DNA from: an uncultured Gammaproteobacteria bacterium | Lineage (GTDB): Bacteria > Patescibacteriota > Patescibacteriia > SBBC01 > CAIJZX01 | NCBI GenBank assembly: GCA_964383765.1 | Contig: CAYLHT010000002.1 | Span: 62,774 to 126,773, forward strand | Length of the DNA: 64,000 bases | Direction: 5' to 3' | Shown: one piece after another, positions 27,701-35,883 of the stretch | How positions within the stretch are numbered: the stretch's first letter is position 1 | Layout: every line of letters begins with the position of its first letter | The notes under the pieces: generated by a model | Databases searched by the model: none | Told to the model about the DNA's origin: nothing | The model's input: only the letters and a program-made list of their open reading frames with translations | Made by a program: the position numbers and the translations under genes

Positions 27701-30700
27701 GGTCAATCACATCATCTCCGCACGTGGCTGATCTTCAACCCACGAACACGTCGTCGAGCAACGTGGCAACTGATCCACAACCCGGACCGCCGGATGTCGG
27801 ATCAGCTCAAATCAAAGTTGCGGTGGCCACCAAGACTTCAGCTCCAGTCACGATTACGTATGATCCGACGAGCTGCCAGACGAGCGCCGACTGTGCCAAG
27901 AATCGCTATGGCGAAACGTGCGGGGGCTCACAATGTGTGAACAACCATTGTACCCCAGTCGTGAATGGCGTCGATCCGACCAGTGGTTCAATCGGGACGT
28001 GGACTACGGTCAAGGGCTGCTGGTTTAGTGGATACGATCCGAACAAAAGCAAGGTGACGTTCCTCGGTGGCAGCGGAACGGCCGATGATCGAGATGGTGT
28101 AGTTCCGAGCACAACCATTTGTGGACCGGCCGGTTCAACCTGGGAGAACGAACGGATTATTACTGAGGTTCCGAAGGTTGATATCGGCCCAAATGACCCA
28201 AGTAATGATGCGGCCACTGGTCCAGTCCAAGTCACGCGCGATGATGGCAAAACCGCCGCCTCAACCGGCAGCTTTACCGTCAACACCACGGTCCACCCCG
28301 GCCTCTGTCGGATTGTGCCGGATAATGCCTTGCCAAATGCGAGTATCACCATCAATGGTATCCGATTTGGCCCTGACGAACCGGCCAAACGAACGGCCCA
28401 GGACCAAGCTAATCTAACCAAGATCGGAACATCGACTCCAGTGCTGATGACAACGTACACGGCCTGGTCCGACACCGGCACCAAAGCGTCAATTGACACG
28501 GCTGTACCGGCGACTGCCGGTTTGGGCGACAACGAAGCTCGGGTCAAGAATGATGGCCAAGATTCGAATCCCTGGCCGTTCCACGTCAATGACCCGAATG
28601 CAACTGGTCCGGGGAGCTGTCCGGCTGGTCAGCAATGTTTCACCGATAATGCGGCGAATTGCACGGCGCTGGGTTTGGGCTGTGGGTTAACCGACCAATG
28701 TTGCCACGCCATCCCCACGATTGTCAGCTTCCAACCGCCGCAAAACAGTACGAATGTCTGTCGGAATATCGCTCCCCAAGTCACGCTCAGTCAGCCGCTC
28801 GATCCGAGTACCGTCAACACCAACACCATCCGTTATTACAATGGCAATGCGCAAGCGTTACCGAGTGTGGGGCTCGATAATCAAAGCAATCAATCGACGA
28901 TTACGGTTAGCCCGGGCGTCCTCAGCCCGGGCGCGGCGCAAGAGCTTGATTTAACAACCGCCAACTCGGCCGCTGTGACCGTTGACAACCCGAGTTTTGA
29001 AAATGGCACGAATGGAGTGCCAGACCAATGGGGGTCAACCCTCGTCAAGCAATCAACTGATGTCCCGCCCGGACACTCTGGTGTATCCGCTTTAGGTGAT
29101 TGTAGCGCCTGCACCGGTGGTCAAGCGTTCGCTGCGCAAAATATTCCCGGTACATCGGCACCGAATATCACGTACCACCTGACCGGCTGGGTCAAGGCCG
29201 AGGTGTCGTTGGCCAGTTCGGCTGGGTTGATCACCCGATGCTCGGCGACTGGGAATGGTTGCGGTTATGACCTAGGCAGCTCTGCTCCGGGCTTGTTTGA
29301 CAGTCGTGGCAGCAATGGCTGGGTCAAAATTGATGTGATTATTTCTAAAACCCAAGCCAATACCGATCTGATCTCGATTGACTGTTTCGCGAATGCTGGC
29401 TCTAAGATTTGGTGCGATGATATTTCCCTGACCCGGGAAACTGGCGGCGGTACATTGTTGCGCAGTGACCATGGCGTATTGGCCGATGTCAGTGGCTCGC
29501 CGTTGAAATTTACTGCCGGAACAAACATCTGCACGATTGATCATGTTGGGGTGACGCAGAGTAGTTATCTGCTGACGGCCGTCAATCAACTGGCCAACCC
29601 AATTCCTCGGGCCTATGCGTACAGCCAGAATGGCTGGATACTCCAGAATTTATCCACCTATAGCTGGGATTGGTCGTGGTTGAGTGGGAACAGCACTATA
29701 GCCACCGCGACCATGACCACGTTGCCGAACAGTTCGACCAGTCAAGCCAACGTGACGGCGAAAGCGAATGGCCAAACAACCGCCCAAGCCAAGGCGAAAG
29801 TCACCTTTAACTCCGCCAACCAGAACGACAAGTCGGAGAGAACTGGACAATCGGACATCACCGTCAGTTTTTGCAACAACCCATGGATCTTCAAAGATGA
29901 TGTGAATGGGACGAGCTGCACGTCGGGAACCTGTAATGTCTATAACTATCAAATGTTCTATTGTCGGGATCAAAGTGGCTCCGCGTTGTTACCCGACTTC
30001 AGTTACAAGGTGATCGAGGGTGTCAACGCGGCTGATCCCACCCGGCTCAAAAGCTATTTCTTTAAAGAATCACAAACCAGCCGCGATACGATTGGGGTCC
30101 TGATTTTCAAGAATGATGCCTTGCTCTCACCCAGCGACTGGTTCGCGCAGCGGTTCCCGTTAGAAACCGGCGCCGCGTCAGCGACCGTTAATGGGTATCC
30201 GGCGGTGAAAACTGGCACGACGACCTATGTCGGCGTGACCAACAACACCGGTACAAAACTCCAAGGGTTAATGTTCGTCTTCGACTATAATTCGAACAAT
30301 GCCTCAGATACAACCAAGAATATCTACGGACAAATTATTGATCACCTCTTGTTCAATCGCAATGACAACTCGGCGAATCGACAAGCGATTATCAACGATA
30401 CCAAGCGGGGACAAGACTTGGCCAGCGTCAAAGTCGCTTTGGACAACTATAAAACTCTGCACGGCGGGTATCCAAAGCTCGACAGCGGTACCTATCTGCC
30501 CGGGTATTCGACCTCGGCTTGGCCATCATGGCAATCTACCCTTGGTCAGACCCTGAACAAGTCATTGTCGACGGATCCCTCGAATGACTTTGCGCAAAGC
30601 TGTCCGACCGACTATGCCGCCTCGACCTGTTGGAGTGAAGCCAACCACGCTTTCCAGTGTCCGGATGACTCGCACGTCTATCTGTATCATTCGGATGGCT

Positions 30701-30837
30701 CAACCTACAGTCTGTATGGTCACATGGAATACACCGGCGCGGGCGGCTTTGCCAACACCAACTCCAGCGATGACCCCTGTAGCAGTCAAGCTGGGTCAAA
30801 CTGCGGTTGTTTCAATTACAAATTGACGGGATCCTAA
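24727..30837 (+). CDS. Giant (2036 aa) multi-domain extracellular protein: N-terminal two-helix TM hairpin, SbsA-type Ig-like domains, IPT/TIG-like domains, a CBM_4_9-like carbohydrate-binding module, and a C-terminal pseudopilin/GspG-like segment.
   Basis: N-terminus VVKWALGFVSLVAVSYLIYGGYLWLTAAGNEQRVEKAKQVILQAVIGIVIIILAWAIV (TrbC/VirB2-like hairpin). Ig-like starts NVPRSSAISMTFNT and NIPRNAALNVSFST. IPT-like PVITAVQPNQGQAGQCVSVIGDYF. CBM-like NPSFENGTNG...WGS...YHLTGWVKAE...IWCDDISLT. C-terminus DLASVKVALDNYKTLHGGYPKLDSGTYLPGY, which is T2SS pseudopilin-like. Confidence 0.8.
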   Translation: MLALRKTTISRLFIVGVITAAVIVVGGWFVVPRVTSALSIEPVGNTLGLASTDLVDIAINVVKWALGFVSLVAVSYLIYGGYLWLTAAGNEQRVEKAKQVILQAVIGIVIIILAWAIVLFAARTASNVTSGSNTNSGGGPPCPLCTGGTFNLTAVTSCSAAPNYADNVPRSSAISMTFNTDVDSQSVKKAVEASGAANNPKLQIEFCGTDPNCGTPSTPKPLNQQIYSGATTTGAQGSPKQEWVASGNTVTFYHLSFSTDPASSDNQYFEAGKYYRLTIPRHTSNTALLDMQSRVLENCGDDPLSGIVGDHCDTSNPDLIRWTFQTGSDTDGPALQVTSTQPSSTYLVASSNTKPDRNIPRNAALNVSFSTAIDPASVSTANFRVYKFTTPPDPNTGNGGVTDTNPLDPATFDIRVSPDGRGAWLQLKTTLFESFTWYKVVVEKIRNLCGTAMANPYTWVFETSDAAPGVAQVYPSDQFSHACPSTKVFIQYTTSMWKVGSGSFNCSPSAAGSYVTNGAMSPTPAGRGFTVVDQFNQADPYNTCKMYSFTPESANLTPGTTYHVGVDSSLVYDANGTKLNYGDTPPASTPSKGPWSFTVDPADKCYQPPVITAVQPNQGQAGQCVSVIGDYFLKPNTTSPGTNDKLTLGSQNQAVQSGAWNRQSIVSKVDATNLAAGQSHPYQVTVDYGGQIGLLKSNAMNFLLNSGTNTNGVCLYSLNPNQGQTGSGLVASGEGFGSYVVNQSKILASPSTTGAWPISSSNDWTATQINNISAATNVPVGQSQITAQISVQRSDGATSNALPFTVQAPTTGTPTVEENASCDIAQNITPSPNPRRGDTEVCKNALVSARFTMPMDLATLTAANITLRSCTSSTSCTNPVTAPVNQLGNNGFTMTPNGGFGRNTLYEVTISTGVKSDISVGNKPMASPYTWQFKTADTNDNCPVAGVTITPAGPLVERTTPYGINGNGEPLTALTVDQSCRVLNPGTGTFTWSITSSPHVADLQPTNTSSSNVATDPQPGPPDVGSAQIKVAVATKTSAPVTITYDPTSCQTSADCAKNRYGETCGGSQCVNNHCTPVVNGVDPTSGSIGTWTTVKGCWFSGYDPNKSKVTFLGGSGTADDRDGVVPSTTICGPAGSTWENERIITEVPKVDIGPNDPSNDAATGPVQVTRDDGKTAASTGSFTVNTTVHPGLCRIVPDNALPNASITINGIRFGPDEPAKRTAQDQANLTKIGTSTPVLMTTYTAWSDTGTKASIDTAVPATAGLGDNEARVKNDGQDSNPWPFHVNDPNATGPGSCPAGQQCFTDNAANCTALGLGCGLTDQCCHAIPTIVSFQPPQNSTNVCRNIAPQVTLSQPLDPSTVNTNTIRYYNGNAQALPSVGLDNQSNQSTITVSPGVLSPGAAQELDLTTANSAAVTVDNPSFENGTNGVPDQWGSTLVKQSTDVPPGHSGVSALGDCSACTGGQAFAAQNIPGTSAPNITYHLTGWVKAEVSLASSAGLITRCSATGNGCGYDLGSSAPGLFDSRGSNGWVKIDVIISKTQANTDLISIDCFANAGSKIWCDDISLTRETGGGTLLRSDHGVLADVSGSPLKFTAGTNICTIDHVGVTQSSYLLTAVNQLANPIPRAYAYSQNGWILQNLSTYSWDWSWLSGNSTIATATMTTLPNSSTSQANVTAKANGQTTAQAKAKVTFNSANQNDKSERTGQSDITVSFCNNPWIFKDDVNGTSCTSGTCNVYNYQMFYCRDQSGSALLPDFSYKVIEGVNAADPTRLKSYFFKESQTSRDTIGVLIFKNDALLSPSDWFAQRFPLETGAASATVNGYPAVKTGTTTYVGVTNNTGTKLQGLMFVFDYNSNNASDTTKNIYGQIIDHLLFNRNDNSANRQAIINDTKRGQDLASVKVALDNYKTLHGGYPKLDSGTYLPGYSTSAWPSWQSTLGQTLNKSLSTDPSNDFAQSCPTDYAASTCWSEANHAFQCPDDSHVYLYHSDGSTYSLYGHMEYTGAGGFANTNSSDDPCSSQAGSNCGCFNYKLTGS

Positions 30838-31347
30838 ATGCCGGACGAATCCACCCCTGCTTCGGGCTATCCACAGCTGCCGGATGACGCGCCAACGTCT
30901 TGGTTGGCGCGGAATCGCCGATTCGCTATACTGAGTGGAGTAGTGGTGCTCTTGGGATTAGGCATCCTGATCCTGCCTCGACTGCGTAGGCATCAAGCCA
31001 ACGTCGCCAATCTCAACATCACGCCGACCGCCAACGCACCCATCGTCAACCGTCAAACCGCCCCGACCTTTGAACGGTTTACGGTGACCGCCTTACCCGA
31101 CCAAGATCGTGACGGTCTGACCGACGCTGAAGAAGAACGGCTGGGCACGAGTCCAACCAAATCGGACAGTGACGCTGATGGTTTGTCCGATTATGATGAG
31201 GTCAAAATCTACCACACCGATCCGCTCAAGTCTGATAGTGATAGCGACGGTGTCGCGGATGGAACGGAAGTTCGGCAAGGGACGAACCCCGCCGGTCCCG
31301 GCCCGCTCTACAATCTGAACCAAGCTATCAAACCAACCACTCATTAA
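30838..31347 (+). CDS. Membrane-anchored protein with thrombospondin type-3-like calcium-binding repeats (169 aa).
   Basis: N-terminal TM FAILSGVVVLLGLGILIL. Repeated D-x-D-x-DG-x-x-D units: DQDRDGLTDAEE, DSDADGLSDYDE, DSDSDGVADGTE. The ATG overlaps the stop of the upstream giant gene. Confidence 0.6.
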   Translation: MPDESTPASGYPQLPDDAPTSWLARNRRFAILSGVVVLLGLGILILPRLRRHQANVANLNITPTANAPIVNRQTAPTFERFTVTALPDQDRDGLTDAEEERLGTSPTKSDSDADGLSDYDEVKIYHTDPLKSDSDSDGVADGTEVRQGTNPAGPGPLYNLNQAIKPTTH

Positions 31348-31358
31348 ACCACCCGCCT

Positions 31359-32426
31359 ATGTTTGAAGATCAAACCCAACCCCAAGGTACGCCGCTCAAC
31401 CCGATCATGCCCGCTCCCGGCATGAGCCCCACTCCCACGCCACCGATGGCTCCGCCGGCTCCAACGCAAGCCGCGCCGATTCATACGATGCCGGAACGCT
31501 TCCGGGCCGCAGGCGGCGGCGGACAACCCAGCGGCGGGAAAGGTTCAACCAAGAAATTGGTGATTATTTTGGTAGTCGTATTGGTGGTCGGCGGTCTCGG
31601 ATTCGCCGGTTTGTATGTGTTCCGCAATGTCTTGAACAAGTCGAACGCGAACACGAATACGGTTGTCATCAATCGCACCAACCAAAATACGAACAATCTT
31701 AACTTGAGTAATTCCTCTAGCAACCTCAACCTCTCGAATGAGAATACCAATGGGAACGCGAATGCCAACGCGAACGGGAATCTGAATAGTAACACCGAAC
31801 CGAGCAATACGAACTCGACCGTCACTCCCGCCAGCCCGTTACCGTCCTCGTTGGACACTGATGCGGACGGATTGACCGACGTTGAGGAAGCGGTGTATGG
31901 CACGGATCCAGCCAAGGCCGATACAGATGGAGACACGTTTATTGATGGTGAGCAGAAGCGTTCAGACGGTTCAATCGTTGGAGAACTTTACCTTGGATAC
32001 AATCCTAAAGGCACCGGTCCGTTAGAGGGCTCAGGTCTGGTCAAGCGGGTTGAGAATGCCACCAAAACCTACAGCCTGCTCATGCCGAGTAGTTGGACCG
32101 GCACCGCCGATCAGTCCGGAGGCATCCTCATCAATCCGACTCAGCAAACTGGAGAATTCTTTCAGACCAACATCAGCGACAACCCAAACAAGCTCAGCCC
32201 GAAAGATTGGTACAAGACGAATAACCCAACGGCCAACGTCGATCAACTCATGACCATCGCGGTGAATGGCTTGGATGGAGTCTACAGTGAAGACCTGAGC
32301 ACCGTGTACCTGTTGAAAGACACCAAGGTCTACAGCATTCATTATGACCCAGGTTCGCTGACGCAGGTCAACTACCGGACGACGTTCGATATGATGGTCC
32401 GGAGCTTCCGACTTGTCGCGAGCTAA
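31359..32426 (+). CDS. Paralogous TSP3-repeat protein (355 aa) with Pro-rich N-terminus, TM, Asn-rich low-complexity linker and a C-terminal globular domain.
   Basis: TM LVIILVVVLVVGGLGFAGLYVF. Linker NLNLSNSSSNLNLSNENTNGNANANANGN. Repeats DTDADGLTDVEE and DTDGDTFIDGEQ, as in the 30838 protein. Confidence 0.6.
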   Translation: MFEDQTQPQGTPLNPIMPAPGMSPTPTPPMAPPAPTQAAPIHTMPERFRAAGGGGQPSGGKGSTKKLVIILVVVLVVGGLGFAGLYVFRNVLNKSNANTNTVVINRTNQNTNNLNLSNSSSNLNLSNENTNGNANANANGNLNSNTEPSNTNSTVTPASPLPSSLDTDADGLTDVEEAVYGTDPAKADTDGDTFIDGEQKRSDGSIVGELYLGYNPKGTGPLEGSGLVKRVENATKTYSLLMPSSWTGTADQSGGILINPTQQTGEFFQTNISDNPNKLSPKDWYKTNNPTANVDQLMTIAVNGLDGVYSEDLSTVYLLKDTKVYSIHYDPGSLTQVNYRTTFDMMVRSFRLVAS

Positions 32427-32856
32427 GACTTTCCGACCCGAGACCGTTGCCGTTCGACAACTCAGTCCGAGCGGTGTGAGTGACCGTACCATTGTGACGT
32501 GGGTCCGTTCAGCTCGCGAACGTTTACCGGCGCGGTCGGGAACGATTTCCGTGGTCATGGTCGGACCGAAGCAGAGCCGCCATTTGAATCGACACTATCG
32601 TCGACACGACCGAGCCACGAACGTACTCTCCTTCAGCTTAGGAGATCGCCTGGCCAAATTAGGAAATGAAGTCGCTTGGGGTGAGTTGATTCTGTGTCCG
32701 GCGGTTATTCGACGAGAAGTCCGACAGTTCGGCGGAACGTATCGTGCGTACCTGCGATTTCTCATTCACCATGGCATGATTCACCTCCTAGGACTCGACC
32801 ATCAGACACCGGTCCAACAGCGTCGGTGGAATGTCTTCGAACGACGTTTAGCATGA
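32413..32856 (+). CDS. ybeY: Endoribonuclease YbeY (rRNA maturation factor).
   Basis: Zinc-binding motif HHGMIHLLGLDH (H-x-x-x-H-x-x-G-x-D-H). 147 aa. Confidence 0.8.
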   Translation: MSRAKTFRPETVAVRQLSPSGVSDRTIVTWVRSARERLPARSGTISVVMVGPKQSRHLNRHYRRHDRATNVLSFSLGDRLAKLGNEVAWGELILCPAVIRREVRQFGGTYRAYLRFLIHHGMIHLLGLDHQTPVQQRRWNVFERRLA

Positions 32857-33212
32857 CGCCGATCAGCTGGTCCAGGTTTTGGAAAAGCTTCGGCTACGCC
32901 CGCCAAGGCTTGCGACGTGCCTTAGCCAGTGAAAATAGTTTTCGCATTCACGTGCTGGTAGCCGGGCTGGTCATCATTGGGATGTTTGTCTTCCGGGTGC
33001 CGCGAATTGAAGCGGCGATTCTGATTCTGGTGATTAGTACGATTCTCAACTTGGAGTTGGTGAATACCATTGTTGAGCGTTTCGTCGGTTTATTGGAGCC
33101 ACGGGTGCATACCTACGTTGGCATCATCAAGGACCTGATGGCGGCGGCGGTGCTCATCACGACGATCGCGGCGGTCATCATCGGGCTGCTGATTTTTTAC
33201 CCAACGCATTGA
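32853..33212 (+). CDS. dgkA: Diacylglycerol/undecaprenol kinase family membrane protein.
   Basis: Three TM helices plus ILNLELVNTIVERFVG and AAAVLITTIAAVIIGLLIFYP, typical of DgkA. The ATG overlaps the ybeY stop (ATGA). The tracked ORF 32694 overlaps ybeY in another frame. Confidence 0.75.
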   Translation: MTPISWSRFWKSFGYARQGLRRALASENSFRIHVLVAGLVIIGMFVFRVPRIEAAILILVISTILNLELVNTIVERFVGLLEPRVHTYVGIIKDLMAAAVLITTIAAVIIGLLIFYPTH

Positions 33213-33219
33213 CGAGGCC

Positions 33220-33236
33220 GAACACCAAAAGTGTTC
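33220..33236 (+). repeat. Conserved small hairpin family D copy (GAACAC-CAAAA-GTGTTC) after dgkA.
   Basis: Same stem-loop as 34577-34597 after ftsA. No strong T-run. Confidence 0.45.
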
Positions 33237-33319
33237 AGTTTGATTTATCCACAACCTCGTCAATTTCCACCCAATATTGTATACTAAAGCCACTATGCGA
33301 CAGTGGTTAGACCTTCACT

Positions 33320-34564
33320 ATGGCTCGGTCTGAACTCTATACCGGTCTTGACGTTGGTTCATCGGCCATCCGAGTGGTGGTCGCTCAACGCGAGCCCCAG
33401 CAGGAAGGTTTGCATATCCTCGGTGCAGCCGAAGGGCCGGCCGAAGGGATGAGCAAGGGGACGATCACGAGTATTGATGATGCGGTCAGCGCGTTGTCGT
33501 CAACGCTGGAGAAGGTTGAACGAATGACTGGCGTACCGGTCGAACATGCGACCGTGGCCATCAACGGTCCCCAAGTCGCCTCTCAGGAGAGTCATGGTAT
33601 TGTCGCGGTCGCAAAAGCGGACGGTGAAATTCGGCAAAACGATGTTGACCGAGTACTGGAAGCGGCTCAGGCGGTCGCGACGCCGCCCAATTACGAAATT
33701 CTGCACGTCGTGCCGCGCTCGTTCACGGTTGATAACCAACATGGCGTCAAAGATCCGGTGGGCATGTCAGGGATGCGACTCGAAGTTGATGCCCAGATCA
33801 TCCAGGGCCTGAGCGCGAATATCAAGAATCTTCAAAAAGCGATCTATCGCACCGGGGTCAGTATCGATGACCTGGTCTTGGCCGTTTTAGCATCGTCGGT
33901 GGCCTGCGTCAGTAAGCGTCAGAAAGAGCTGGGCGTAGCCCTGCTCAATATTGGTGCCAGCACGACCAGCCTGATGGTCTTTGAAGAGGGCGACGTGCTG
34001 CACACCAAAATTTTCCCGGTCGGTGCCGCCCACATTACGAACGACGTAGCGATTGGTTTGCGGATCGGCATTGACCTGGCTGAGAAAGTGAAAACAGAAT
34101 TTGGTACGGCCTTGCCGGAAGAGGTTGGTAAACACGATGAGGTGAATTTGCACGACGTCGGCGGTGATGATGCAAGCGTCTCCCGTAAACATGTGGCCGA
34201 CATTATTGCCGCGCGCGTGGAAGAATTGTATGCCTTGGCCGATCGCGAACTTCAACAGATTGATCGGGCCGGTCTCTTGCCGGCTGGAATTATTCTGACC
34301 GGCGGCGGCGCGAAGCTGCCTGGTATGGTTGACGTCGCGAAGCGATCATTCCGATTACCAGCCAGCGTTGGTTTCCCCGTCGGTTATCTGAGCGCGATTG
34401 ATAAAATTAATGATCCGGCCTTTACGACCGCCCTGGGCTTAGCGAGTTGGGCGGCTAGTACCAGCGGCGATGGCGGTGTCTTCAGTCGTTTACCAGGTCG
34501 CCTGTCAGCAGTGACGGACTCCGTCGACACCATGCGTCGCTGGTTTAAAAGTTTTTTACCCTAA
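33320..34564 (+). CDS. ftsA: Cell division protein FtsA.
   Basis: Actin-like ATPase. GLDVGSSAIRVVVAQ N-terminus. Conserved FtsA order, with ftsZ immediately downstream. Confidence 0.9.
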   Translation: MARSELYTGLDVGSSAIRVVVAQREPQQEGLHILGAAEGPAEGMSKGTITSIDDAVSALSSTLEKVERMTGVPVEHATVAINGPQVASQESHGIVAVAKADGEIRQNDVDRVLEAAQAVATPPNYEILHVVPRSFTVDNQHGVKDPVGMSGMRLEVDAQIIQGLSANIKNLQKAIYRTGVSIDDLVLAVLASSVACVSKRQKELGVALLNIGASTTSLMVFEEGDVLHTKIFPVGAAHITNDVAIGLRIGIDLAEKVKTEFGTALPEEVGKHDEVNLHDVGGDDASVSRKHVADIIAARVEELYALADRELQQIDRAGLLPAGIILTGGGAKLPGMVDVAKRSFRLPASVGFPVGYLSAIDKINDPAFTTALGLASWAASTSGDGGVFSRLPGRLSAVTDSVDTMRRWFKSFLP

Positions 34565-34576
34565 GGATTTATTCGA

Positions 34577-34597
34577 CTGAACACCGAAAGTGTTCAG
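34577..34597 (+). repeat. Conserved small hairpin family D copy (CTGAACAC-CGAAA-GTGTTCAG) between ftsA and ftsZ.
   Basis: Perfect 8-bp stem. The sequence is nearly identical to the 33220 copy. Confidence 0.45.
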
Positions 34598-34650
34598 CTC
34601 CCGTGGCCGGGGTTGCTGGCCTGAACTGAGTTTGATAGACTATCCACATC

Positions 34651-35823
34651 ATGCCCTCCCGTTCGACCATGGAAGTCAAACCTGAGATCGAAACCTTCGC
34701 CAAGATCAAAGTTGTCGGCGTCGGCGGTTCCGGCGGCTCGGCCATTAACCGGATGATGCAACATCGCATCCGGGGGATTGAATTTGTGGCGATTAATACC
34801 GATGCGCAGGCTCTGCACCACAATGCGGCTCCGACCAAACTCCACATCGGGAAGAGCGCCACGCGCGGATTAGGCGCCGGGATGGATCCGGAAGTCGGTC
34901 GGAAAGCCGCCGAAGAAGATCAAGAACAAATTCATGAACTGCTCAAAGGCAGCGACATGGTCTTCATCACCTGTGGCATGGGCGGCGGTACCGGTACCGG
35001 CGCCGCGCCGCTGGTGGCCGAGATCGCGCGCGACGTTGGCGCATTGACGGTGGCAGTCGTGACCAAACCATTTTCCTTCGAAGGCGCCCAGCGTCGACAG
35101 ATTGCCGATCAAGGTCACGCCGCCTTATCCGAACAGGTCGACACGATTATCACGATCCCGAACGACCGACTGCTCCAGATCATCGATAAAAAAACTTCGC
35201 TGCTTGAATCGTTCCAAGTCGTGGACGATGTCCTGCGCCAAGGGATTCAAGGTATCGCCGAACTCATCACTGTTCCAGGTTTAATCAACGTCGACTTTGC
35301 GGACGTCAAAGCCATCATGAAAGACCAAGGCACTGCGCTGATGGGCATCGGTCAATCCAAGGGTGATACCCGAGCCGTTGACGCCGCCAAAGCCGCGGTC
35401 GATTCGCCGCTGCTGGAAATGCCAATTGACGGCGCCAAGGGTATTCTGTTCACCATCACCGGCGGTCAGAACTTGAGCATGTACGAGGTCAATGAAGCCG
35501 CCCGGGTGATCACCCAATCCGCTGACCCGAATGCCAAAATCATTTTCGGCGCAGTCATCGACGAAGCCTTGAAAGATGACCTGAAGATTACCGTGATTGC
35601 TACCGGTTTCGGCAAAGGTGGCCGACCAGCCAAGAAAATCATGAGCAGCGGTCAAACCACACCGGCCGCGTTTGAACCGATGACCTTCCCGGAACGGCCG
35701 AAGGCACAGGCCGCGCCGGTCTCAACCCCGCTGCCAACCGTTCCGCGCACTCCCACCCCAGCTCCCAAAGCGCCGGAAGATGACCTGGAGATCCCAGCCT
35801 TCATCCGGAAGAAAATGCTGTAA
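34651..35823 (+). CDS. ftsZ: Cell division GTPase FtsZ.
   Basis: Tubulin signature GGGTGTGAAPLVAEIAR. IKVVGVGGSGGSAINRM N-terminus. C-terminal conserved peptide DDLEIPAFIRKK. Confidence 0.95.
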   Translation: MPSRSTMEVKPEIETFAKIKVVGVGGSGGSAINRMMQHRIRGIEFVAINTDAQALHHNAAPTKLHIGKSATRGLGAGMDPEVGRKAAEEDQEQIHELLKGSDMVFITCGMGGGTGTGAAPLVAEIARDVGALTVAVVTKPFSFEGAQRRQIADQGHAALSEQVDTIITIPNDRLLQIIDKKTSLLESFQVVDDVLRQGIQGIAELITVPGLINVDFADVKAIMKDQGTALMGIGQSKGDTRAVDAAKAAVDSPLLEMPIDGAKGILFTITGGQNLSMYEVNEAARVITQSADPNAKIIFGAVIDEALKDDLKITVIATGFGKGGRPAKKIMSSGQTTPAAFEPMTFPERPKAQAAPVSTPLPTVPRTPTPAPKAPEDDLEIPAFIRKKML

Positions 35824-35840
35824 AATTAGAAAGATCGTCT

Positions 35841-35864
35841 GCTCTCGGTTTGAGAGTTGTTTTT
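35841..35864 (+). terminator. Intrinsic terminator candidate after ftsZ.
   Basis: Stem GCTCTC / GAGAGT with loop GGTTT, followed by TTGTTTTT. Confidence 0.5.
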
Positions 35865-35883
35865 AGCTTAACGTGATATACTT

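Noticed and set aside
25855-30800. Antisense or alternate-frame ORFs inside the 2036-aa gene (for example 25855-26715 -, 27906-28589 -)
   Set aside because: Same reason: they are embedded in a long, well-supported + strand ORF. The translations are Arg/Gly/Pro-rich with no motifs.
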